Assembly: GCF_009914755.1 (NCBI RefSeq) | Contig: NC_060936.1 | Direction: 5' to 3' (one strand) | From: the human T2T-CHM13v2.0 reference genome, Homo sapiens | DNA length: 64,000 bases | In this document: positions 51,006 to 64,000 of the stretch, one piece after another | How the letters are laid out: each line of letters opens with the position of its first letter | How positions within the stretch are numbered: position 1 is the first letter of the stretch | Program-made: the position numbers and the translations under genes | Notes under the pieces: model-generated | What the model was told of the DNA's origin: nothing | Database searches by the model: none | The model's input: only the letters and a program-made list of their open reading frames with translations

Positions 51006-53984
51006 TCTATATAAGAACCATATAGCCATATAACCCTCTGTTGAAAAAGGTTTGCGGAGTTTCAGTGATGATATGTGAGCCAATATTTTTACCTAAGCTA
51101 AAGTCTTCATTGGCTGGAACCTGGTGGAAATCTCTATATGCTACTTCTGCCCATACCTCCATCTATGTTTGAAAATGGACCCTGGTATCTAGGCTCTTCT
51201 AGGACTGGAAAAGCCCCATTGGCCCCTTTCTGCTTCCTGTGTTTCCTCAAGTTAGCCTGAGTTTTTACATTACCTGCAAGATGTTCCTTACTAATAAGTT
51301 TTTGTGTTTACTACAAACAAAGCAGAAATAAAGATGCTTCCACATCTCCCAGCAGTCATCTTAATGTTTTCCAGGGTAGGCAGTGTTCTTTCTAGCTTGG
51401 TTCTGGGGTCATGACTCTGCTGATACAGTTATCAGTCTGTCTCATCAAGTCCTAGGTAATCCATGCTTGATTTGTTCTTAATTCTCACAGAAGAGGTTCC
51501 ATTGTTTGAGATAACCCATTTTTGAGATGAATCTTCTCAGCTGCTCCAGCCTCTCTGGTCTACATCCCTACCTTCTGCTTATCACCCTGTATCTACCCTT
51601 TTAGATTCACTCCTATAATTTTCTAGGCATATTTTCAAAATCAACAATGGTTTCTAAGACTGTCTTATCTCTGCACAACTCTTCTCTCAAAACATAACAG
51701 GTACTGGCTCAAGATAACTTTACTTTGTAACTGTGGTGTAGCACGGCCTTGGTGCAGATACATACTGCTTGACTATTCAGCCATGGACACATGCTCTGTA
51801 TATTGGGTATGTGTTTCATAGACATGATCGTCCTCATGATCCGGCTATGTAATAAATAACAAGACAAACACACCTAAATTTCTTATTCCCAAAATTCAAC
51901 GTAATTTCTAGCTCTCTAATACATGTTCTTTCTGCTTCATAACAGAAAACTAATAATCTAGCTATTTCTATGTACTGCAGTCAAATTAATTTAAGTATTA
52001 TTTCAGGTTTAGCTATTATAATAACGTAAAAAGAACAAAATTATAATTATTCAGAAGTTATTTGTTTTCCATTAATGTCATTAATTTCTAAATTATAGAA
52101 AACTTACATGTGAGGAATTTTCACATTCACTGCCTTAATATTTATTATCTTTGGTGAGGTAGATATGAACTTTATAGATCATTTTATTTTCTTACCATTG
52201 TTAATATCAGAAGTAGACTATGATATCAGTAGTGAACTATGTACCCTATGCTCGCCCACTGAATCAGTTATAGAACCACATGGTCTCCCAGCTCTACCAG
52301 ATGCCCTTTTATTCATTCACGTTCTAGTTATTATAGTTTAGATGAAATGCATTTGGTCCTACTGCTTCTGGAATCTAGGAGAGTGGAAAGGTGAATTCTA
52401 TTGTCTTAAGCAAGTTGACTCACTGCTCTGTGTTTCAATTGCAGTTTTAGAATATGAGCGAGGAGAACAAGATAATATCTAAATTTGCTTCAAACTCAAC
52501 ATTCTATGAGTCTATCTACTTTAGCCAAAAAAAAAGAGCATTAGTAAATGTGATCAAAGTGGGAGTATATTTTATTCTGTGTTTTCATCTAACAGCATTT
52601 ACAAATTGGCTTTTGAGAGAGATGAACAGAAATGAAAGAATAACTTTTAACAAGAGATAAAAGAAATAAAACTGCCAATGCATATTTATACTTATATACA
52701 GATTAAATTTGTAAGTAAAAGGAAACTGTGGGTGTTAAACAGTCAGAGAGAAACCAAACAGGAGAAATGAAGGATATATTAGCAATGGTGATCATGGGAC
52801 AAAAACATAGGCAGAAATCAGGAGGCTTAAGAAAAACAAGCAAATTGATACAGACTGTAATCAGTATTTTAAGAAAATGTGAGAGACAGCAATTTGCAAA
52901 AAAATTATATACCATGAATAAGGAAGACCTGGATGACAAACACAATTTTTACACAGTGAGAGCTTTAATGATAAGGGATTCTATAAGTATGGAAAGGAAT
53001 GGCTGTGCAAAATACCCCATACAATATGGTTCTACATTTTAAATTTGAAGGTAATTCTTAGAATCATAAGATTTTTTTTTACAATTGTTATTACAAGCTA
53101 TGAACAACTTAAAGAAAAACAAACTTCCAGCAAGAAAGGTGTTACCTAATTTTTATGATTATATGCAAGCCAAAGTTAACTCAAAGTTTTTATGGCATCT
53201 TGATTTCTTTCTGTCAAGGGCATAAACAGGACAATCACAATAACAGAAATATGAAACTATTTTCTTGTTGGGAAACAGTATATACAAGAGACTAAGGTAT
53301 GGAATTTGTTAGCCTTCCTGTATGCATTCAGTTGTGTACAATATTCCCTGACAAAGATTTATATAAAAGCTTAAATCACACAATACTTATGATGCTGAAA
53401 TATTTTCTTTATTTTAAAAAAACACGTACTGCAAAGACCCTCTGATTGTGACAGGACTACCATCCCCAAAGAGAGGTCCTCAGGTAGGGTCATGTTATAT
53501 GTGTCTAAGAAAATCCTTTGAGGGCAATATGTTATCATTTCAGATTTCAAGTTTTTCTCCAAATCCATGAAAAATTTACAATGTCTATATACACTAAGCA
53601 GTTTTATTTGCACTGAGAATGAATACATTTACATTTCCAGAGACACTTGAAGAAATATAAAGTCTCAGTTTTCAAAGGTCTTCCCTAGATAAGTATAAGT
53701 ATAAAAGCATACTTTGAAAATAATGAACAACTAAAAGAACAATAATCACTAAAATTGTTTTCAAATGACATTTTGCAGAGCCTTAGGATGTGCCATGATG
53801 TCTTCAGGGTGAGCACATGGGAAGAAGTAATAAAGGAGCAGGAAGTCTTCTTAACTACATCTCATCTTTTACCAAAACAGCTACACTTTAAATGTTTATA
53901 TGTCAAAATTCTGCTAAAGATTTTATTAATGAAAGGTCTCACAATTAAAAGTTTAAAAATCACTTAAATAGACCAATCTCATTT

Positions 53985-55000
53985 TTTCAATATTTTATTA
54001 TGAAAAACTTCAAATATAAAGAAAAATGGAGAGAATTTTATAGTGAATATCCATATACCCTCTACTTAGATTCCTTTTACATACATTTAATTTTGGCCTA
54101 GTTTTGTCATCATATTTAGAGTATTTCTCTTTTCTTATAGATAGTGTATGGTTGGGTCTTTTTTTTTTTTTTCATTCAATGATCTCTACCTTTTGAGTGA
54201 CTATTTAGTGGTTGGACTTAGTTATACCATTACCCTATTTGTTTTCTATTTGTTGCTCCTAGATTTTCTTGTCTAATTTTCCTTTCCTGCCTTTTTGATT
54301 AAATATATATTGTAAATTCAATTTAATTTATCTATTAGGTCTTCAGCTATACTTCTTTGCTTTAAGTGGTTGTTCTACTAATGTATACATTACAATACAT
54401 CCTCAAATTTTTGCAATCTGTTTAGAGTTAATACTACAACACTTCACACAATTTACAGAAATCTTGCAATCATATATATTCAAGATATGATTTATATCCT
54501 TTAATCCCTTATGCTATACTTGTCGTGTTATATCTACATATACTATAAACTCCTCAATATAATGTTACTTTGAACATTAATATGAATTTTAAAGAAATTC
54601 AGTGGGATATTAATTTTTTATCCATTTTTAACTTTTTAAACTCATATTTAACTAGTTCATTAAACGTTAATTTAACTATTTTAACTATTTATCATTTCCT
54701 TGAGGTCCAACTTTCATCTGATATCATTTCCTTTCAGCCTAAAGAACTTCCTTTACTATTCCTTGTAATGCAGGTCTATTAGCAACATATTCTATTAGTT
54801 CCTTTTCCTGGAACACCTTTGTTTTGTTTCCATTCTCCCAAGACATTTTCAATGTATATTGAATTCAGATTGACAATTGTTGTTTTTGTTTGTAATTTCA
54901 TGAATCACTTTCAAGACATCATTCCACTGTCTCTGGCATCCATTATTTCTCATAAAAATTCAGTAGAATTTAAGATATTATTGCTTTGTAAGTTATATTT
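53985..55000 (-). mobile_element. Old L1ME/L1MD fragments
   Basis: ttttattatgaaaaacttcaaatat 3'-end motif; tcttatagatagtgtatggttgggtctt and cattccactgtctctggcatccattatttct ORF1/ORF2-boundary motifs. Confidence 0.6.
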
Positions 55001-55899
55001 TCATTTTTATGACACTTATCTTCTTAACCAGGTGGCTTATAAGCCTATCTCAGAATGTAGAGTCCTGAGAGCAGCAAATTTTAGGTACTACCGTTAAATT
55101 ATTCTGTCCTGAAATTTCTGTCTGAAAAGTCTGTGGTATTAGAAAAAAAATAACCTGTGCATTGGATTCACCAAGTTCTCCTGAATAATTATTTTTATAT
55201 TACCGGCAGAAGTGGTGAGAGGGTTTTTTGGGGGCTTTCATTTATGTGACATCAAAAAGAGAAGCTTAAACTCTTTAAATATGCTAAACAATACCACAGG
55301 TCAGGGAAGTCTTCTAACACCAAATAAATAGCAGTTACAAATCCTTTAGAACTCAGCACATACACTCAATTCTATCAGTAATCTTCTAGATACCCACAAT
55401 CGAATATTCTTGCACAAAGTAGGTATGTACATTTTATCAATTTGAATGGCTTTTATTTCCCACATAGTTTAATATATTTTTATGGTTAGTAGCCAACCTC
55501 TCAATCATTTCTCACTTGACTACAATAATAGAGGCTTTTAAAGTGCACAAATTACTTTTGGTGGTCACTTGCTGGCAGAGCTTCTCAAGCCTAAACTATA
55601 GGTTTAGTCTCTCATTTATCTCTAGAGGCGCCCTTTTGAATTTTCTTTCTGTTGCCCCAACCACCACTTTTAACGGCCCATATGTGCTTGACATCCAATG
55701 TGAGTAGGATTGAAACTACACCAATCAAATAAAATAAATAAAATTTCTTTCTTGTTTTATGCACACATCATTGAGTCAAATTGGAGTCTAGTGTCAACTA
55801 ACATGCTTTTCTATGACCCAACACTTTCTTTCATTCACTGGCTTTGCTCAAGTTTCCATGTTTGCTCAAGATTTTATATCCTCTCCTCACAGAGATTAT

Positions 55900-56600
55900 T
55901 ATTGAAAAGGGCAGACAGAAAAATATATATGGACAAAATAATGACAAGCTATGATAACTGTCACAAAGTAAACATATAGAGAATAAAAATATAAAGAATA
56001 TATGTAATAGTCAGAAAACATCTGTTTGAAAGTATAGCATAGTGGCCCAAAAGAAGAGAAGTCAGGAGTGAGGGAAAAATCTTTGCCAGTATAAGAAGCA
56101 GACTTTGCAAAGACTCTGCAGCAGAAAAGTGTTTGATGTGTTTCAGAAATGAATATCAGAGAAGCCTGAAGGAGCGAGGAACAGGATGGTAACAGATATG
56201 ACAAAAAAGAGTGTCAATGGCTATGGTAATTGTTTCTTCCAGCTTTTGCTAAGGAATGTGTACCATGCTGTATGTTTAACTGGAGACTTGGGAGCAGAAT
56301 ACTGCATGATTCAAGTTAGATTTAAAATGAGAATGCTTCTTTTCGTGTAGAGAATGAATTCTTTCATTTATTCAACTAACAGACATTTACATTTTATTAG
56401 AAAATCTAGTAGTCATGAACAAAACACACACAAAGGTTCTCATAGAGCTTACATTCCAATGTGGTGAGAGAGACATTGTAAATAATCAAATAATGTAATT
56501 TTACATAATGATAAGTGCTATAAAGAAAATGATTGTTATAACCAGAATGGAGGAATCTGAATGTGCAATTAATTTGATTGCTGGTAGGAAAAAAAATCTT
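55900..56600 (-). mobile_element. L2 remnants
   Basis: ttcattttattcaactaacagacattta and ctcatagagcttacattccaatg L2 3' motifs; similar sequence continues after the MST element near 59020-59115. Confidence 0.55.
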
Positions 56601-56606
56601 ACTGGA

Positions 56607-58953
56607 TGTATTAGTCTGTTCTCACACTGCTATAAAGGACTACCTGAGACTGGCTAATTTATAAACAAAAGAGGTTTATTTGAATCACAGTTCTGCAGGC
56701 TTAACAGGAAGCATAAATGGGAAGCCTCAGGAAACTTACAATCATGGTGGAAGGCAAAGGGGAAGCAATCACCTTCTTCACATGGCAGCAGGAGAGAGAG
56801 AAAGAGAGCAAAGGGAAAGGTGCTACACACTTTTAAACAACCAGATTTCATGAGAACTCTATCGCAAGACAGCACTATGGGATGGCGCTAAACCATTAGA
56901 AATCACCCCCCACCAGGGCCCACCTTCAACACATGGGGATTACAATTCCACATGAGATTTGGGTGGCGACACAGAGCCAAACCACACCATTTCACCCCTT
57001 GATCCTCCTAAATCTCATATCCTTTTCACATTTCAAAACATAATCATGCCTTCCTAACAGTCCTCAAAGTCTAAACTCATTCCAGCATTAGCCCAAAAGT
57101 CCAAGTGAAAAGTCTCTTCTGAGGTAAGGCAAGTCCTTTCTGCCTATGAGCCTATAAAATCTAAAGCAAGTTAATTACTTTCAAGGTACAATGGGGGACA
57201 GGCATTGGGTAAATATTCCCATTCTAAAAGGGAGAAATTGGCCAAAACAAAGGGACTACAAGATGCTTGCAAGTCTGAAACCCAGCAGGACAGTCATTAA
57301 AACTTTAAAAATAATTTATTTTGACTCCATGTGTCACATCCAGGCCACACTGATGCAAAGGGTCGGCTCTCAAGGCCTTGGGAAGCTCAACCCCTGTGGC
57401 TCTGCAGGGTGTAGCCCCTGTAGCTGCTTTCCCGGACTGGAATTGAGTGCCTATGGCTTTTCCAAGTGCATGGTTTAAGTTGTTGGTGGATCTACCATTC
57501 TGGGGTCTGGAAGATGGTGGCCCTCTTCTCACAGCTCCACTAGGCAATGCCCCAGTAGGGGCTTTGTGTGGGGTCTCCAATCCCACATTTTTCCTCTGCA
57601 CTGCCCTAGTAAAGGTTTTCCATTAGGGCTCTGCCCCTGCAGTGGACTTCTGCCTGGACATTCAGGTTTCCATGTAGCCTCTAAAATCTAGGTGGAGGCT
57701 CCCAAACTCTTAATTTCTGTGCATCCACAGGCCCAACACCATGTAGAAGCCTCTAAGTCATGGGGCTTGCATCTTCTAAAACAATGGCCCAAGCTGTACC
57801 TTAACCCCTTTTAGCCACAGCTAGAGCTGAAACAGCTGGGACACAGAGTGCCATGTCTTGAGGTTGCACAGAGCAGCGGGGCCCTAGTCCTGGCCCATGA
57901 AGCTATTTTTCCTTCCTAGGCCTCCAGGCCTGTGATGGGAGGGGCTGCCACAAATGTCTCTGAAATTCCTTCTGTCATTTTCCCCATTCACTTGGCAATT
58001 AAAATTTGGCTCCTATTTACTTATGCAAATTCCTGCAGCCTTGAATTCCTCCCCAGAAAATGAGTTTTTTCTTTTCTATCACATGGTCAGGCTGCAAATT
58101 TTTCAAACTTTTTGCTCTGCTTCTCTTTTAAATATATGTTCTCTTTGTTTATGCAAATGAGCATAGGCTTCTAGAAGCATCTGGGCCATATCTTGAATGC
58201 TTTGCTGCTTAGAAATTTTTTCCACCAGATACCCTAAATTCTCTCTCTCAAGTTCAAAGTTCAACAGATCCCTAGAGCAGGGGCAGAATGCCGCCCATCT
58301 CTTTGTTAATGCATAGCAAGAGAGACTTTTACTCCAGTTCCCTATAACTTCCTCACCTCAATCTGAGACCACCTCACCTTGGACTTCATTGTCTATATCA
58401 CTATCAGCATTTTGGTCAAAAATCATTCAAAAGTCTCTAGAAAGTTCCAAACTTTCCCACATCTTCCTGTCTTCTTCTGAGCCCTCCAAACTTTTCCAAC
58501 CTCTGCCCATTACCCAGTTCCAAAGTCACTTCCACATTTTCAGTTATCTTTATAGCAGTATCCTACTCCCAGTACCAATTTTCTGTATTAGTTTGTTCTC
58601 ACACTGCTATAAAGAACTACCTGAGACTGGATAACTCACAGTTCTGCAGGCTTAACAGGGAGCATGACTGGGATGCCTCAGGAAACTTACAATAATGCTG
58701 GAAGGCAAAAGGGAAGCAAGCACCTTCTTCACATGGCAGCAGAAGAGAGAGGTAGAGCAGAGGGGATAGTGCTACATACTCTTAAACGAGATTTCATGAG
58801 AAATCTATCACAAGATAGCACTAGGAGGATGGTGCTAAACCATTAGAAATCACCTCAATGATCTAATCATCTTCCACCAGGCCCCACCTCCAACACACAG
58901 GGATTACAATTCTACATGAGATTTGTGTGGATACCCAGAGCCAGACCACATCA
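56607..58953 (-). mobile_element. Complete MSTA-like MaLR provirus (LTR 56607-56989, internal 56990-58583, LTR 58584-58953)
   Basis: Direct LTRs with tg...ca ends; perfect 5-bp TSD ctgga at 56602-56606 and 58954-58958. Confidence 0.93.
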
Positions 58954-59543
58954 CTGGAATTGTTTTTGATCTAAGACCTTAATAATGATGATGATGATAA
59001 TAATAATAATAATAAAAAGACCCAGTCATTAAAATATCTAGAGGAAGAATGTTCAAAACAGAGGAAATGGCAAACACAAATGAAAAGGGAGAGACGAGCT
59101 TGATGTGCACTAGAAACACCTGGGTATACATCCACCAGAAATGTGTACATATGGTAACCAAAAGAAGTCTAAACATGCATTATTCATGATAGCCTCAACC
59201 TGGAAACAAGTCAACAGTCTATCAATACTAGAATATATTAGAGAACATTGAAAAATATCATTACATACAACTATTTTTAGAGGAATTAAACAAATCGGAC
59301 TTATAGTAAAAATCTGAAAAAAAAATCAGAAATGTCTTTAAAGGATGATAATATTATTAGTATTATTCATATTAGAATCATTACTTTTAAACCTATTCAA
59401 TTTAGATTTCAAACTGTTATTAACATTCATAGAAATTTCATTAAACTTTCTAATTCAACTGAATATCATTATCAAAGGCAGTTTGTCTAGTACAGATTAT
59501 CATCTTAGCAGTTTTCAATGCTGCAGGATTGGTTTGGTTCAAC

Positions 59544-59700
59544 CAGCGCTGTCAAATAGAATTTTGTGTTGATGGAAATGGTCTGTATCTGTGTTTCCAG
59601 AGTGGTAGCTAGTAGTCACATAAAGCTGTTGAGCATTGAAATTTGGTTAGCATGACTGAGAAATTGAATTTGTACTTTAATACATTTTAGTAAATTATCA
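59544..59700. mobile_element. MER3-like hAT-Charlie DNA transposon fragment
   Basis: cagcgctgtcaaatagaattttgtgttgatggaaatggtctgtatctg...gactgagaaattgaattt. Confidence 0.75.
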
Positions 59701-61954
59701 TATTAAAATATAGAAACTACTGACATAATGAGACATTGTGGAAGCCCTATTTTTTTAACTCAACATTTTATATCATGCTTTGAGACTTGTAATAGCTTTA
59801 TTTCTTTTGTGCTTCTATCTGTTCATCTCAGCATCTCTAAGCATAAGCCCTCAAACTTGCATTGGCCAAGGTGCAAATCTTTGAGTAACTACAGGCATTT
59901 ATGATTAACCAAATCATCTTTCAAATAAAATATCATTACTTCCATTTTAAGGTACTTGTAATGTTCTTATGAAGCTCTGATGATGGGGTAAGGGTAATAT
60001 AAGGAAAAAAAGAGCTTACAGAAAACTTGTCAGAAATATAGAAATTGTGAGATTGCCAGGCAATCATGCATATCACAGAACTCCCGAATAGAAAGTAGAA
60101 TGGGAAGAACTGAGACTTTCATGATAATAGAAAACATGGGTACTTTGATTTTTTTCCTTAAATTCTCATTCTATCTTCAAGACTAAGTAGTTTCTAGTAT
60201 TTATAATATGTATATGTCACATTCTTAGAAGATCAGAATATAAATAACTTACAGATATTATCATATAAACACAAATATGAATTCTATCCAAAAGAAAATA
60301 TTCTAGCAAATAGAAATACAATGTGAAATGACGAGTTAAGCTCAAGTTAATTGAGGTTCCACACCTTGCTGATAATCACTCATTTGAAGGACTTGTTACA
60401 AAATAAGTTTCTGTGACATACGTTAGACCAAATGAATTAGAATCAATTTATAATATCAATAATGATAGTAATAATGAATAAGAAGTATAGAACATTGGCA
60501 AAGTAGGAATGGTCATCTATTCAGGAAATGTTTAAAAATATTTTCTTAATCAAATCAATTATATTCTTTGTTATATTGAAGAAGATAATTGTTTGATAAA
60601 AGAGCTAATTCCAACTTTCGGATACGATTTTTAGACTCCTGTCAGTATCATCCAACCAGCTGGATGACTTAGAGAGTCTTGATATTAAAGACAATGATTG
60701 TCCTAAATATTATGCTTTCTTACAAGGTATAGTGATACCAGAACACATTACCAGTGTTGGTTTGAGTTTACTATTCACTGTAACCCATCAGAACCATCAA
60801 AAATAAATTTTATGCATTGAGTAAATAAATACATATATTTAGCCTAAACTACATCCAGAAATATTAAAAATCACATTCATATATTTATAGAAATAACATA
60901 AAATTCCAGTTCTTTATTATTTTAAACACGCTACAGAAAATATTTGGCAATGTAAAAAAATCTTGAGACAGAATGATACAAAATTTACATTTCATTTCAT
61001 ATGCTAAACATCATAAAATTCTTTTTTTTCATTTTTTTCATACAGTATGCTGGTCATAAAGCCATTTTTTTGTAGGGAAGTTTCTGGTAACCTAAATAAT
61101 TTTCACTGCATAAGGTTTCTAAGGATTTTAAGATTCTCAAACAAATTAAATAGCTGCTGAGACATTTTTTTATCTCCTGAATGATAGATGGAATCAGGGA
61201 ACTTTTTAGCAGCAGAATCCCATGCTCTTATGGCAATTAATATGTTGTCCATGATGTTGTGCATGGCCCAGTATTGAAGTAACTTTTTATGAAGAAAAAG
61301 TTTGCTCTGCTCATTTGACCCAGAGTAGAAAGGAATAGGAGGGGGAGTGAGAAAAAGGGAATATGAGATAAACCAAAAATACATTCGGAACAAAAAAAGC
61401 ATGTTTCAGACAGTGGAATAAAATTGTGTGTTGTGATGTGCCCTATGTTATTTTATTCACAGTGTGAAAATGTTAAAATAGATGCTTATTTCCAAAGATG
61501 TGATTTACCTGTATTCAATCTAACATGAACAGTTTGATCAGCAACACAAGAGCAAAAGAAATAAAGCTTCAGTTCTAGAAGTGCTGATCTTTTCTGGATG
61601 GAGATAAGAAAACAAATGCTGTTTTCAGTAACTACACAACCAAGCAGAAGTCTGCTATTTATACCCGGAACAACTATATATAAGGAAAAGTCTGCTGATA
61701 AAGTCTGAAAATATCTAAAGTGATGATAGATGTCTTTACATTTTTATCTCATCAAGTAATTTTCTAAATTTTTACATAATCTAAACAGGTAGAATTAAAA
61801 GTGTTATATCTAAAACACAATAGTTTGATCATAGTTAAACTAATCATGTTTTTATTAACCCTGTTGTTTCATTTTTATTTTTCTTAACATGATAATTCTC
61901 TCTGATTCCTACTTAAAACAATTTTAAGTTAGCAGTGAAAAGAAGACTTTAGAT

Positions 61955-62110
61955 TTGTATAATGCTTCACAATTTACAAGACATTATTCATACATTATCT
62001 TATTTTATCCTCCCAACAAGTATGTGAGGTAAGTGTTATTTCCATTTTAGATTATATGTAAATTGATGGTCATCTAGTTAGTTTATGTAGAAGCCAGGGT
62101 TTCTTTCTCA
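61955..62110 (-). mobile_element. MIR remnant
   Basis: ttcatacattatcttattttatcctcccaacaagtatgtgaggtaagtgttatttccattttag. Confidence 0.65.
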
Positions 62111-62288
62111 TTTATATGAAAAAGTCCCTTAATACTATTTTTTCACTGTGACTATATTTTTTGGTATTTCAATGCAAATAGATGATGTGGAAGCTGATTA
62201 AATATAACATTCTCAGAATTTTAAGAAAATGATAATATATAACTTATAATATTGGATTTCAAATAAATTTTATTTGTTGAAATACTAG

Positions 62289-62620
<332 letters not shown>

Positions 62621-63884
62621 TAGAAATACTATATTTTGTTATTTAAGAAGGTGGACTAATAAATTCTGGAAATTTTGGATACCTCCTTTGCTCTTTTTTA
62701 ATGCAACACTTCCACATATGTTGCAATGCAACTTTCCACATACTGAAAATAAATAAATTTATGGTGTGGGAAATTGTAATCCCTCTTAACAAATAGAGAA
62801 GAATTAAGCATCAGTAAACATTGTCAATACATACCACAAACTCTTTAGGAATTTTAAACAAATTTATTTTTTTTTTGGAGTTCCAGTGGGCTTTTATTGA
62901 GATAAATTAACAAAAACCAAGATTTTACCATATTTTTTGAACCTTATAAACTCAGCAGACTCTGGTCCATATATGTATACATACAACATAACACATCCCA
63001 ACAAAAACAGAGCCCCCCACTGGAACATCTGCCAATTAAGAGAAAGCCAATTTTCCCTTCCCCTGATGTTTCTGAAATTTTGAGTTCCCACTGTTCACTT
63101 CTCAGTGGAACTGGTCCCTTGTGGCTAGGGACATTGGAATTCTCTACCATTTTTACTTAAACAAATTTATACTTTAAATATAATCACCAAAAATTTTTTA
63201 AAGTACATTAAATTTTCATTGAAAGTAGAGGGAGGTAAAATCATTAGGTAAACATATTCAGTATCAGTCAACAAAAATAATTTTCTTTTTTTTTTGGTGT
63301 TTATTATATGTATATGTCCCCCCAAAATCAGTTTTGGACAAAATACTAACATTCTTGATACTACTGGTACCCCACTCTTTAAAATGGATAATCTAAGTAA
63401 TCTTGTAAAATATTATTTCATAAAAACAAAGTCATGGCTACTGAAATAGTTCGTAGGAATTCTGACTGCCCATACTTATTTAACTCAAAATTTAAATTAA
63501 TTGTAGAAATAAGTGTTGTAAACACAGTTCTTAATGCTAGAAGTAGAGAATCATGTGATACTGAAAGTAAGAGCAATAAAGATGAAAAGAAATATAAATT
63601 TTTCTGTGTGTATGCTTGCACATATGGGTCTTATTTTCTTTTTTCTCTATTTATTTCCTCATTTCTGAAATAGGGTAAAATCTCTCTTCCCCAAATGGTA
63701 ACATGAACAAAATATAGTGGACTTGATACCAGTTTTAGGAGGAAAGTCATCTGATTAGAGTAATTCATACTAAGTGTACATGGTTAATGTTATCATGGCC
63801 TATAAGATTTATATTCTTAAAGGAAGATCTCTTAACATAATTTATTAATTAATTGAATTATTTCAAATGAATAACAAGGTGACA

Positions 63885-64000
63885 TTTAATTTTAATTTTT
63901 AATGACTTTATATTTTGAGAGAAATTTTAGGTTCTCAGCAAAATTAAGAGGAAAAGATTTCTCATATACCCTCTGCCCCACACAAACTTATACTCTCTAT
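63885..64000 (-). mobile_element. L1MC/MD-like 3' end, running off the window
   Basis: gactttatattttgagagaaattttaggttctcagcaaaattaagaggaaaa...ctcatataccctctgccc. Confidence 0.65.

Noticed and set aside
52454-53967. Short ORFs in unique AT-rich sequence (for example 52728-53042, 104 aa)
   Set aside because: No recognisable domain, no convincing splice structure, and lengths compatible with chance

Overview
AT-rich primate (very probably human) genomic DNA made up mostly of transposable-element remnants. I see no host protein-coding exon, RNA gene or CpG island. Every long ORF in the track is a fragment of a disabled LINE-1 ORF1/ORF2 or an antisense, Alu or MaLR artefact. Main contents: two near-full-length + strand L1s (L1PA3-like 15984-22133; L1PA4/5-like 39287-45427), 5'-truncated L1PA7/8- and L1PA13-like copies, a rearranged L1MA2/3-like element (27382-31204), older L1M/L2/MIR pieces, three MaLR proviruses (partial MSTA, complete THE1C, complete MSTA), MER67- and MER31-like LTRs, hAT-Charlie MITEs and eight Alus, including a very young AluYa5-lineage copy. 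Subfamily names come from recalled consensus diagnostics, not from a database search. I found no evidence for a new biological system. The most notable observations are structural: complex L1 rearrangements, a probably polymorphic Alu, L1 promoter variants at the ZNF93 and YY1 sites, and a deeply nested insertion stack that may sit inside an ancient ERVL/Gypsy-like internal region.
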